56,253 nucleotides of DNA, taken from positions 1-56,253 of IMG/VR virus record IMGVR_UViG_3300025154_000119; one strand, given 5' to 3'. Shown piece by piece: positions 37,486 to 46,108 of this stretch. The stretch is from a virus. Taxonomy: Duplodnaviria; Caudoviricetes. A program made the position numbers and the translations under genes. The notes below the pieces were generated by a model that saw only the letters and a list, made by a program, of their open reading frames with translations, was not told the origin of the DNA and ran no database searches. How positions within the stretch are numbered: the stretch's first letter is position 1; each line of letters starts with the position of its first letter.

Positions 37486-37980
37486 ATGGTAACCAACTTT
37501 GAATACGCCATAAAAAACCTGCTGGCGGATGAGGGCGGGTATGTGAACGACCCAGCCGACCCCGGTGGGGAAACGAAATTTGGTATCAGTAAACGGGCCT
37601 ACCCCAACGAGGACATTAAAAACCTTACTGAAGTCAGAGCCAGGGAGATCTACCGCCGGGACTATTGGAACAAACTTAACGGCGATGCCATACTCTCACC
37701 GGAAAAAGCGAGCGCGGTTCTTAGCGCATGTGTCAATTTTGGTGTGGCGAACGGGGTCAAACTCGCCCAAAAAGCGGCCGGTGTACCGCGTGATGGCGAG
37801 ATGGGTGGCCAAAGCGTTCGGAGAGTCAACGACATGGATCTTGATACCTTTTTAGCTCGGTTTGCCATCGCTATGATCGAGCGCTACACTCGGATTTGCC
37901 GGGGGAATCCATCGCAGATAAAATATTTTCTCGGGTGGGTTAACCGGGCTTTGCGAGTTTCCGGAATGGTGGCCCAATGA
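37486..37980 (+). CDS. Endolysin, glycoside hydrolase family 108 with PG-binding domain
   Basis: EGGYVNDPADPGGETKFGIS; FLGWVNR; GAGGG RBS before ATG 37486. Confidence 0.93.
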   Translation: MVTNFEYAIKNLLADEGGYVNDPADPGGETKFGISKRAYPNEDIKNLTEVRAREIYRRDYWNKLNGDAILSPEKASAVLSACVNFGVANGVKLAQKAAGVPRDGEMGGQSVRRVNDMDLDTFLARFAIAMIERYTRICRGNPSQIKYFLGWVNRALRVSGMVAQ

Positions 37981-38300
37981 CCGAAGAGCTTTCAGGACAA
38001 CTTCTTTTGGTGGAGATCCATACCAAGCTGAAAGGCTTGATAGACCGGTTTGACATAGTGTCCCAAGGTGATGGGTTTCCCCGGTGTGTGAATCGCGATG
38101 GGCGAATTCGCAGACTTGAACAGGATGTCATTGCTATGAAAAAGGAAAAAGCGGATGCAGATGCAATTGCTCCGCTTCAGAGCGATCTTGAAGCAATGAA
38201 AAAACGCAAAGCTGATTTTGATACATGGCTGATGCGGCTTACGTGGGCCGCTATTTTACTCGGGATGATCAAGATGGCGTTTTTTTCGGCTGGGGAGTGA
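37977..38300 (+). CDS. Coiled-coil protein with one C-terminal TM (holin/antiholin-like)
   Basis: Soluble coiled coil then WLMRLTWAAILLGMIKMAFF. Confidence 0.55.
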   Translation: MTEELSGQLLLVEIHTKLKGLIDRFDIVSQGDGFPRCVNRDGRIRRLEQDVIAMKKEKADADAIAPLQSDLEAMKKRKADFDTWLMRLTWAAILLGMIKMAFFSAGE

Positions 38301-38301
38301 G

Positions 38302-38874
38302 TTGGAAATGATAAACGAAGCAACATTCACAATGCCACTTGTGAGACCTGTTCTAAAACCTACGGTGGATCAAAACTGGTGGCAGTGCTTGAAAGAAATC
38401 CTATCACCAAGGCAATGGCAGTTGGAAGAAGCTTATGGGCTATGGGCTGAAAAACTTGGATGTTATGTGCTCGCTCCGAGTCCATTTGTTTTTGATTTTG
38501 CTTCAACGCCTAAAATTACATGGCCTATAATGCCACCGACTGGACTTCTTTTAATTGGATCAGTTTTTCACGATCCTGGTTACAGATATGGCGGGCTGTT
38601 TATCAAAACGCATTTGGATGATCCTTGGAGTTTCAATGCTTTCGATCGGAAAGAATTGGATGATCTCCTTAGGGATTTAACGATTCAGGTCAATTCGATT
38701 GGCGATCCCCCTGCACCTATTACAGCGCTTGCGAACTCTGCGTGGGGTGTGCTTAGAACGTGGGGGTACATTGCTTGGAACCGGTATAGGGAGCAAAACG
38801 CTTCTGCCAAAAAAGATTATCCAAAACTTTACGAGTCAGGGGTTTTCTCTGGCCCACTGGCTATGAATTATTAG
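38302..38874 (+). CDS. DUF1353 domain protein
   Basis: PSPFVFDFASTP...GSVFHDPGY...RKELD; start may be ATG 38308. Confidence 0.75.
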   Translation: MEMINEATFTMPLVRPVLKPTVDQNWWQCLKEILSPRQWQLEEAYGLWAEKLGCYVLAPSPFVFDFASTPKITWPIMPPTGLLLIGSVFHDPGYRYGGLFIKTHLDDPWSFNAFDRKELDDLLRDLTIQVNSIGDPPAPITALANSAWGVLRTWGYIAWNRYREQNASAKKDYPKLYESGVFSGPLAMNY

Positions 38875-38882
38875 GAGTCGTT

Positions 38883-39062
38883 ATGATCGAGCAACTTAAA
38901 GAACTCGCAGATAATTTCAATAATCAGTCGTTAATTATTATCTCTCTTTCGATAATTGCTGTTGACATAATGCATTTTCAGAACGGAGAAATCGCAATGC
39001 AGATTGTCAATACGATCGTTTCCGGGTTGCTTGGCATGGCTATGGGGAGGAGTGCGAAATGA
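38883..39062 (+). CDS. Small two-TM protein, holin candidate (59 aa)
   Basis: AGGAG RBS; SLIIISLSIIAVDIM and IVNTIVSGLLGMAMG; ATGA overlap with next gene; not in ORF track. Confidence 0.6.
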   Translation: MIEQLKELADNFNNQSLIIISLSIIAVDIMHFQNGEIAMQIVNTIVSGLLGMAMGRSAK

Positions 39063-39412
39063 AGACAACATTCTGGGCGGTATTTATGGCGTTAGTTTTT
39101 GCAGCAATACTTTGTTCCGTGCTTGCCATGTACGGATGCGCAAGCCATGCGGCCAGATACACCGGACTTGACGACCAAGGCAAGCCTTACACCATAGAGC
39201 TTACAGCAAAGCGCTTCATCATGGGGCAGGAGGTAAGCGGTTTTGCAGCTGAGTTCCCAGGTGGATATAAAGTTGGATTTGATGCTTCGAAATCAGATCC
39301 TGTAAAAACAATGGAGTCTTTCTTTCACGTTCTTGGACCAATACTTCAGGATTACATGGATCGGAGAAATGGAATGTCCTCGATGCGGAGCCCAAGCAAC
39401 CCTATTCAGTAG
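39059..39412 (+). CDS. Lipoprotein, spanin candidate
   Basis: Hydrophobic signal ending MYG-C; in lysis cassette. Confidence 0.6.
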   Translation: MKTTFWAVFMALVFAAILCSVLAMYGCASHAARYTGLDDQGKPYTIELTAKRFIMGQEVSGFAAEFPGGYKVGFDASKSDPVKTMESFFHVLGPILQDYMDRRNGMSSMRSPSNPIQ

Positions 39413-39548
39413 AGAGGAAATCTTTGAACTCAACGAGTACCTGCGAAAAAGACAAGGAACCTATGAAGACTGGCTCAAGCAACGTCAAATTGATAGAGAA
39501 GTCGAAAGCTCGACTCTTGAAACTTCTCAGGGAGTTGAAAGAGATTAA
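39369..39548 (+). CDS. Small protein with CxxC
   Basis: GGAG RBS; MECPRCGAQ... Confidence 0.4.
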   Translation: MECPRCGAQATLFSREEIFELNEYLRKRQGTYEDWLKQRQIDREVESSTLETSQGVERD

Positions 39549-39810
39549 CGAGGTAGCAAGCCGTGGAAACTAATTTTTTTGTGTGGTTCACTTGGAGACG
39601 ATGCATTGCGCTTGGCATAATCTTATCGCTTGCCATCTGTGAGTATTTACGTGGATAGCCAAAATTTCCGCGACTGCTACCTCGAAGGGTACCGGGTATC
39701 AGACCGGCCGGAACCCTGCAACACCTGTACGGTAGATTGCCAGTCCGGATATGAAAACTTGGTTTGTCGGGGGTGTGCGTGGAACCCGGAAAATAGAGGA
39801 GGAACGAAAA

Positions 39811-40254
39811 ATGACACCTGAAGAAATAGCGTTAATAAAATCTGAACTATCCCGCTTCCCCGGTGCAGGGAATGACGTGATTGAGCGAGAGCTTAATAAA
39901 GAGGGGTCCGCGTTTGTAGAGACGTGGGCTACCGTGCCAATCTCAGAGCAAAAAATAAATGTCCACAAGGCCGTGCTCTTAGCCGCCATGACCTCTACGG
40001 AACGGGCTGGTCTAAGGATGGCACTTGCGGCTGATGAAGATTTCAAGATGCTCTACGAGGCCGCCGAGGAATTTACGATCAATCATCCCACCACGATAGC
40101 TATGATTAGTGGGCTTGTTGCGGGTATCGGCCTACGGCAGGAAGCTGCGACAGAAATTCTCAGACTCGGCCAACGGAAGATAAGTCGAGCCGAAGAGCTG
40201 ATTGGCAGGAAAATTACGCTGACAGAAGCTCAGGAGGTGATTGATCATGAGTAG
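39811..40254 (+). CDS. Hypothetical protein of accessory fibre module
   Basis: GAGGAGG RBS; ISRAEELIGR motif. Confidence 0.7.
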   Translation: MTPEEIALIKSELSRFPGAGNDVIERELNKEGSAFVETWATVPISEQKINVHKAVLLAAMTSTERAGLRMALAADEDFKMLYEAAEEFTINHPTTIAMISGLVAGIGLRQEAATEILRLGQRKISRAEELIGRKITLTEAQEVIDHE

Positions 40255-40645
40255 AGCATATGAGAGATATGGGACTCGGATTACAGCGCAGGCGAGCGAT
40301 GCAATAACAGCAAATGCATTTTCAGCCGGAAGTCTGACGCTCATTGACAAGGCCAGCGGCCAAAACGCGGACGGTGCTCAGTGGTTTGACGTTTATGTTG
40401 ACGTTACCAGCGCACCTGCTACCGCAGCGACGTGTGAGTTGTGGATTTCTGGAAGCTCGAATGGTACTGATGAAAGCGTTTATGAGTATGCTCTTTCGGT
40501 AGCAATACCAGTAACGGTTACAGACCAGTATCGGCTTGGAGTGCTCTATGGCACCCCTCAAGAATTTTACGCAAAAATCAAAGCGATCTCTTACGGGTTC
40601 ACCGCAACCCTTTATCTTACACCCGCTTGGATTGCGGATGCCTGA
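40247..40645 (+). CDS. Beta-sandwich fibre-tip-associated protein
   Basis: GGAGGTG RBS; TGATG coupling to next gene. Confidence 0.6.
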   Translation: MSRAYERYGTRITAQASDAITANAFSAGSLTLIDKASGQNADGAQWFDVYVDVTSAPATAATCELWISGSSNGTDESVYEYALSVAIPVTVTDQYRLGVLYGTPQEFYAKIKAISYGFTATLYLTPAWIADA

Positions 40646-42459
40646 TGCTAATATTTACCGACAAATATAGAGGGTACGGCAAGCAGAAGCCTCGACAGTG
40701 GGGGCCTTGGGCTATTGTGTGGACTGCCATTATGCATAATGCGGAGTCTATAGGTATAGATCCCACAAAAGTGCATAATATAATGCCCATGTGGAATAGC
40801 TCTGCGTTTCCGAATCGAGAGCGTGAAAGCAGATATGCTATTCTTCCTTTCACACCACCACCGGCTAAGGACTTTGTTGAGTTTCGGGCCAGCACTTCAA
40901 TATATGGGTATATCAACCGGAAATATTCAGATGACACCGCAATTATCGGTGAGTTTAATGGGGCTACAGAACTCACTCTTTTAACCTCACTGAGGATGCA
41001 AAATATTTCCGCCGATGGGGGTATTTTTTCCGGGTATGAAAAATCAGATGCGGAGGTCTCAGGCGGCCCAATACTGTGGTATGACATTTCCGGAGGCTTA
41101 GGTGGCATTAATTGTTTTTCATTTTTTCTTGGGTTTAATGAAGCTGGGGTTTCTCAAGCGCGGGTTGAAAGTAGCAATAACATTTTAGCTTTAGGCGAAA
41201 AGGCATCCATTGCAGCAGTATATAAGGGCGGCAGTCATTTATATCTCTTTAAAAATGGGAATAACGTAGGCACAAACACCACGAGTATCGCAGATAGTTT
41301 ATATGATAATAGGTACAAGCGGTTAGGCTCATGGAGATACAGTTATTCACCCGCGTATCATGCGCCCATAGACGCTGATATGTGGTATTTTTACATTTTC
41401 CGCCAGGCGCTTAATGATTCTCAGGTCGCTACCTTTCATGAGACGCCGTATTTTCTTATTCAACCCCGCTCGATACCAGTTTATTTTTTCCCGGCGAGTG
41501 GTGGTGGGACGACCGATGAACTAACAGCCGCAAATATTGAAACAACTGCACCAACAATAGGCGCCACCTCCATCGGCCAAACCCACGTTCTAATATCGTC
41601 CAGCGTAACGGCCGGGCCTCCTGTTGTCGCAGCTCCGGGGATAGGACAGTCCCACGCGCTCACATCTTCCAGCGTTACAGCATCAACCCCAAGTATTGGC
41701 GCTCCTGATATCGGCCAAACACATGTTCTCAGCTCTGATGGCATTACATGTGGTGCTCCGGAAATCGATGCGCCAACGTTATCCGAATCAACCGATATGC
41801 TGACAGCCGCAGATATCAACGCAGGCCAACCAACTGTCGGATCGCCGGTGATGGGCCAGATTCATTCGCTCGTTTCGGCTGGGATTACAACCGGCGCCGT
41901 GGCGGTGGGCGCACCCTCTATCGGTCAGGTCCATGTTTTATCCTCAACTCCCATCACATCGGGTGCGGTCGCTATTGGAGCACCGACTCTCGCGCAGGGT
42001 ATCCACAATCTGAATGCAACCGGGATAACGGCGGGGGTTCCGGAACTTGGGTCACCTACCGTAGGCCAAATCCATTCCCTTGTATCTGCCCAAATCGCAT
42101 CGGGCGCGGTAGCGGTAGGGCAACCAACACTCGGCCAGGTCAACGCACTATCAGCGGATGGCATCACGGCTGGCTCACCGGCCATCGGCTCTCCAACTCT
42201 TGCCCAAGGGGCGCATGTACTCACGGCTGCTGATATTACCTCCGGCGCTCCGGTGCTTGGCACTCCAACACTCGGCCAAATTCATGCCCTGATCGCAGCC
42301 GGCATCACAGCGGGGCTTCCGGTTTTAGGCAACCCAGCACTCGACTATTCGCCCGATACTATCCGGATGGATACTATTTATGCCAAATCGATCGATTATC
42401 GTTTTTATGCCAAATCGATCAGTTTCGACACGTTTTATGTCAAACCAACTCACTATTAA
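40645..42459 (+). CDS. LamG/concanavalin-like head plus 12 x 23-24-aa repeat rope protein
   Basis: IAAVYKG..LYLFKNG...YIFRQALNDSQV LamG-like; repeats QxHxLxxxxITxGxPxIGxPxLG at about 41510-42345. Confidence 0.75.
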   Translation: MLIFTDKYRGYGKQKPRQWGPWAIVWTAIMHNAESIGIDPTKVHNIMPMWNSSAFPNRERESRYAILPFTPPPAKDFVEFRASTSIYGYINRKYSDDTAIIGEFNGATELTLLTSLRMQNISADGGIFSGYEKSDAEVSGGPILWYDISGGLGGINCFSFFLGFNEAGVSQARVESSNNILALGEKASIAAVYKGGSHLYLFKNGNNVGTNTTSIADSLYDNRYKRLGSWRYSYSPAYHAPIDADMWYFYIFRQALNDSQVATFHETPYFLIQPRSIPVYFFPASGGGTTDELTAANIETTAPTIGATSIGQTHVLISSSVTAGPPVVAAPGIGQSHALTSSSVTASTPSIGAPDIGQTHVLSSDGITCGAPEIDAPTLSESTDMLTAADINAGQPTVGSPVMGQIHSLVSAGITTGAVAVGAPSIGQVHVLSSTPITSGAVAIGAPTLAQGIHNLNATGITAGVPELGSPTVGQIHSLVSAQIASGAVAVGQPTLGQVNALSADGITAGSPAIGSPTLAQGAHVLTAADITSGAPVLGTPTLGQIHALIAAGITAGLPVLGNPALDYSPDTIRMDTIYAKSIDYRFYAKSISFDTFYVKPTHY

Positions 42460-42474
42460 TAGGAGATTTTTACC

Positions 42475-42846
42475 ATGGCAGACGTATTGCACGATGACAT
42501 TTTTGACAACGGGTTAAGCGCGCTCGACAACACCGAAAAGCTCTATATCCTTTCGGCTGATCCTGGATTGACATGGGGGAATATCGCTACCTATGCGCTG
42601 GGTAACAAGGCGACGCCGACTATTGAGGCGATCGGTGACCGAGCTGGTGGAGGTCGGAAAAGAACGGTATCAGCTATCACAGACGGCACGGTCACCGGAA
42701 CCGGAACGGCCACCCATTTTGCGCTTACTGATGACAGCGCAAGCAAAATCCTTGCGGCCGGTGATCTTTCCGCAAGCCAGGGCGTCACAAGCGGGAACAC
42801 GTTCACATTGACGTCCTTCGATATTGGCATCCCTGATCCCGCATAA
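42475..42846 (+). CDS. Fibre subunit (small beta sandwich)
   Basis: AGGAG RBS; GTVTGTGTATHFALTD...QGVTSGNTFTLTSFDI. Confidence 0.7.
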   Translation: MADVLHDDIFDNGLSALDNTEKLYILSADPGLTWGNIATYALGNKATPTIEAIGDRAGGGRKRTVSAITDGTVTGTGTATHFALTDDSASKILAAGDLSASQGVTSGNTFTLTSFDIGIPDPA

Positions 42847-42862
42847 CACGAGGTGACCAAAA

Positions 42863-43231
42863 ATGGATTTTATCCATACAAAAAATATTGAGATCCGGGC
42901 CGGTACCGATAATTGGGGACCGTTTCCGTTTGATTTCTCGGATGCGCTCCCGGAAGGCGATACTATTTCCGCCGTCACCGTCACCGGGTACGCCGGGAAG
43001 CTTTTGCCGTCGGATGCAACGATAGTTGATGGCGCAATCACATTTGCAGGGGAAACGGAAATCCCGCTGATAGATACGGATTATACCCCGGTAATTTCCG
43101 GTGCGGAGGTGTCTATAAAATTGTGTTATCCTGGGGATGACTATAAAGGATCTGCCACAATCGTGTTTTTGGTAGAGCTGGCCGGAACCGGAGAACACCC
43201 GTTTTTTTATCATGGGGTTCGCGTGAAATAA
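42863..43231 (+). CDS. Fibre-tail adaptor-like protein
   Basis: PFPFDFSDALPEGDTISAVTV motif; last gene of late region. Confidence 0.6.
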   Translation: MDFIHTKNIEIRAGTDNWGPFPFDFSDALPEGDTISAVTVTGYAGKLLPSDATIVDGAITFAGETEIPLIDTDYTPVISGAEVSIKLCYPGDDYKGSATIVFLVELAGTGEHPFFYHGVRVK

Positions 43232-43233
43232 AA

Positions 43234-43261
43234 AACAGGCTGGGTTAAAATCCAGCCTGTT
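43234..43261. terminator. Terminator ending the late region
   Basis: AACAGGCTGG-GTTAAAAT-CCAGCCTGTT. Confidence 0.7.
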
Positions 43262-43269
43262 ACCCTCCC

Positions 43270-43431
43270 GTACTGCAAAAGTACTGTAGCAGTATCTTGC
43301 AGCCAATAATATCAATATGTTATACCATATGCTCCGGGTTCAACTCCCGGCGCCTCCACCAATAACCACTTGATTTGATAACTGTTTTCGATGATTGCCC
43401 CCCTCAGAATGGTACTGTAACGGTACTGTAA
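43270..43431. mobile_element. attP: core matching a tmRNA-type 3' end, with IHF and arm-type sites
   Basis: Core CCGGGTTCAACTCCCGGCGCCTCCACCA (43334-43361); WATCAANNNNTTR matches at 43310-43322 (+) and 43363-43375 (-); GTACTG(C/T)A pairs at 43270/43281 and 43412/43423. Confidence 0.88.
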
Positions 43432-44281
43432 GCTCTGAGGGGCCGCTTTTGACAAGATAATCCTTCATCACAACGCCCTTTTTGGAGTTTCCCCTGACGG
43501 CCGACTGCCACCAAAAACGGCCGGTTACTTTCCCGAAAAGCGGGTTTTCATCGGTGTAGGTTTTGAAATGTCCTCGGCAAAGGTGGACACGATTGTCCCA
43601 TAGCCCTTGCGCTGCTTGCGCTTCCTGCTTTTTTCCGGTTGGTTTGATAACGAGCGTCTTGTATGTGAATAGAGGTTGTTTGCCTGACTTGATGCGCTTT
43701 TTGTTCAGTGCGGGGGGCGGGTGATTATTTGTTGTCCCGATGTTTTTGCAATGGATTAAGTCAAAAAAAAGTTTTAAAATGTGCAGTTCGTCCTTTATAT
43801 CTTGATATAACGCTTTCCAAATGTCATTTTTATCTGAAAATCCGTGGAGTTTTCCGAAAACACCTGGTGTGTAAAAAAAACTTGATTCATCGTGTTTGGT
43901 CACGATTGGCTGTAAGAGCCATTCATTGTATGGGTGGCCTGCAAACCATAAAAACTTGACTTCTATATGGCCTCCAGCTTCTTTAATTAGCAAACCTCTT
44001 TTCGGAAAACTGCTTTCTGTGAAAACATCAAACGACATATCTTTAAATGTATAATCAACCCAGCAGCAGTTGTATGGCGTTTTTATACAATCTATCGACA
44101 TCGGTTTGCCAACATATCTATTTAAAATAGAATCATAATTTTCTACCTCTCCCATAGAAAACTTTTGAGACGAAATCAGGTCTGATATTGTGGCTTCTAA
44201 AAAACCATTATCATATGAGCACCCACCGACTTTTTGCCGGATTTTTAAATCATCAACAACCTGATGAGCGAACATATCCAC
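43340..44281 (-). CDS. Hypothetical phage protein between integrase and attP, reading across the right arm
   Basis: 313-aa ORF; VHLCRGHFK...FWW...VRG motif; stop codon lies in the core T-loop. Confidence 0.7.
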   Translation of the reverse strand: MDMFAHQVVDDLKIRQKVGGCSYDNGFLEATISDLISSQKFSMGEVENYDSILNRYVGKPMSIDCIKTPYNCCWVDYTFKDMSFDVFTESSFPKRGLLIKEAGGHIEVKFLWFAGHPYNEWLLQPIVTKHDESSFFYTPGVFGKLHGFSDKNDIWKALYQDIKDELHILKLFFDLIHCKNIGTTNNHPPPALNKKRIKSGKQPLFTYKTLVIKPTGKKQEAQAAQGLWDNRVHLCRGHFKTYTDENPLFGKVTGRFWWQSAVRGNSKKGVVMKDYLVKSGPSELTVPLQYHSEGGNHRKQLSNQVVIGGGAGS

Positions 44282-44282
44282 C

Positions 44283-45494
44283 TCACTTTTTCACCGATTT
44301 ATCAATGGGGATAACCTCACCCCTGACAGACTCCCGGAGATCCTTCAGGGCCTTTGTGACGAGAAGCCCCTCAGTTTTGTCCGGCATTAAGTACCGCTCG
44401 AAGGCCTTGTTTGTCTTATGCCCGGTACCGCCTCGGCGGATCTGCTCCGGGGAAAGCACCTTCCCGAGCCCGACCGTGGTGCTGTGTTTTGTGCCGCCGT
44501 AAAGATCAACGCCCTCGATGCCCAAATTAGCGCAAGCCTGATTCCACCATATCCGGAAATATTTCGGTCCGAACTGTGAGCCGGGGGCGATCCCCTTATT
44601 CATTGCGCCATGCCTGAAAAAATAAACCTCCGGTAATCCCCTGGGGATGGCCCGGATCATTTCGATATCTTCAACATCCAGGTGGACATACTTCGGTTTC
44701 CCCTCCTTCGGGTGCGGGATAACGATCAGGCCGGCGTCAATATCGATGTGGCCTTCCTTCACGTTTCGCATCTCTCCCGGTCGGACCTTGATGTAGGTCG
44801 CCAGCAGTTTAATCCCGAGCCAGATTTTAGGATTCAGGTGGAAGGAGATCCGCTTGACCTCCTCAATGATATCCGCTTGGGTGCCGATACTGACCACATT
44901 CCGGTAACCCAACTCAAATTTAACCTCCGGGAAATCCGGCATTTCAATTGTGTTCCGCCCTCCCCTCTTTTCCCTGCGGATAACCCACGTCCAAAAATCG
45001 TGTATACAGCTTTTTAAATTTGATCTTGATTTGTCTGATAGCGGCTTGCCGTCTGGCCGCCGGAGATCATCGAAAATAAAATCCTCGATCTCAGCGGTGC
45101 CTATGGCCTTGATGTTGGTTTGCCCCCATGCCGCTATCGCCCGGGCCATGAATGCCCGGTACTGCTGGACAGTGGCCGGCTTGATTTTGGTCCGCTCTTT
45201 TTGGATAAGCCATTTTGTGGCAAGGTTTTCGAAACCCAGCGGATTATCCGTCCGGTAATCCCGAATATCGAACGACCCCTCGTCAGTTTTATATCTGAGA
45301 CCGGTCAGAAATCGCTCGGCATCGATGTAATGGGTGAACGTTTTCTGAATATCTCGGCCAAACTGAACGTAAAACTGCCGGGCCGCTCCTACCTGGGGGT
45401 GGACCTGGCAGAAGCACCCCCGGCGCCGTTCGTCATGAATCAATTTGCCGCCACACACCATGCACCGCTCCCGAGTGTAAATGTTCCCTTTCAT
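44283..45494 (-). CDS. int: Tyrosine recombinase (integrase) with N-terminal Zn ribbon
   Basis: CMVC...CQVH; SAM-like core-binding region; KVRPGE (R), PKEG (K), YGGTKHS, GHKT...RY; alternative in-frame starts at 45503 and 45548. Confidence 0.9.
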   Translation of the reverse strand: MKGNIYTRERCMVCGGKLIHDERRRGCFCQVHPQVGAARQFYVQFGRDIQKTFTHYIDAERFLTGLRYKTDEGSFDIRDYRTDNPLGFENLATKWLIQKERTKIKPATVQQYRAFMARAIAAWGQTNIKAIGTAEIEDFIFDDLRRPDGKPLSDKSRSNLKSCIHDFWTWVIRREKRGGRNTIEMPDFPEVKFELGYRNVVSIGTQADIIEEVKRISFHLNPKIWLGIKLLATYIKVRPGEMRNVKEGHIDIDAGLIVIPHPKEGKPKYVHLDVEDIEMIRAIPRGLPEVYFFRHGAMNKGIAPGSQFGPKYFRIWWNQACANLGIEGVDLYGGTKHSTTVGLGKVLSPEQIRRGGTGHKTNKAFERYLMPDKTEGLLVTKALKDLRESVRGEVIPIDKSVKK

Positions 45495-45607
45495 ACATAG
45501 CATCCTCCCGTGGGGAGGGTACATTATTTGGGATGCGGGGTTCAACATTTAAATTATAACCTCCCGTCGAAACTGGAATATATCGGTCAGACAATTTCAC
45601 AAAGTCA

Positions 45608-46072
45608 TCATTCCCACATGTATCGATATTCTCTTGGATCAACAGGAATTGGTATATACTCGGAGAGCTTTTTTACAGTTTCTAAAAGGGCCTCAATAAT
45701 TCTGATAGCAAATCCTGTACTGTCTTCATCAAACAGCCCTGTTCCAGGCATTGTGTTAGCATCAATAAAGTCGTTGATAACATCCTGGAACGAGGCGGTA
45801 TATGTAGCTTGGGCGCCTACCAAGTCAATTTCAAGGCTCATTAATAGGGGGTCGCCTGATATTTTATGAAAAAAATTTTCGTCGTTATTTTCTTGGTAAC
45901 AGTCCAGGTAAACGCTCCAATATTCTGGGTCTAATAATGCATCAAGGATTTCTTCTGTTTTTTCTTCCATAAGGCTCTCAACCCATTTTTTCATTTCAAT
46001 TCCTGCATCCACAGCCGTCTCTTTTATCCATTTTAAATTCTCAAATTTTGCGCCTGATACTTTTTTTATCAT
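45608..46072 (-). CDS. Acidic hypothetical protein
   Basis: AAGGA RBS; AT-rich 154-aa ORF. Confidence 0.6.
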   Translation of the reverse strand: MIKKVSGAKFENLKWIKETAVDAGIEMKKWVESLMEEKTEEILDALLDPEYWSVYLDCYQENNDENFFHKISGDPLLMSLEIDLVGAQATYTASFQDVINDFIDANTMPGTGLFDEDSTGFAIRIIEALLETVKKLSEYIPIPVDPREYRYMWE

Positions 46073-46108
46073 TTGATATTTTCCTTCTCTAAATGGTCGA
46101 ATTACGAA

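Noticed and set aside
20714-42459. Diversity-generating retroelement acting on the fibres
   Set aside because: No reverse transcriptase ORF and no template/variable repeat pair seen in the window.
43334-43361. Complete tRNA or tmRNA gene
   Set aside because: Only the T-arm and 3' acceptor strand are present; upstream is AT-rich arm sequence.
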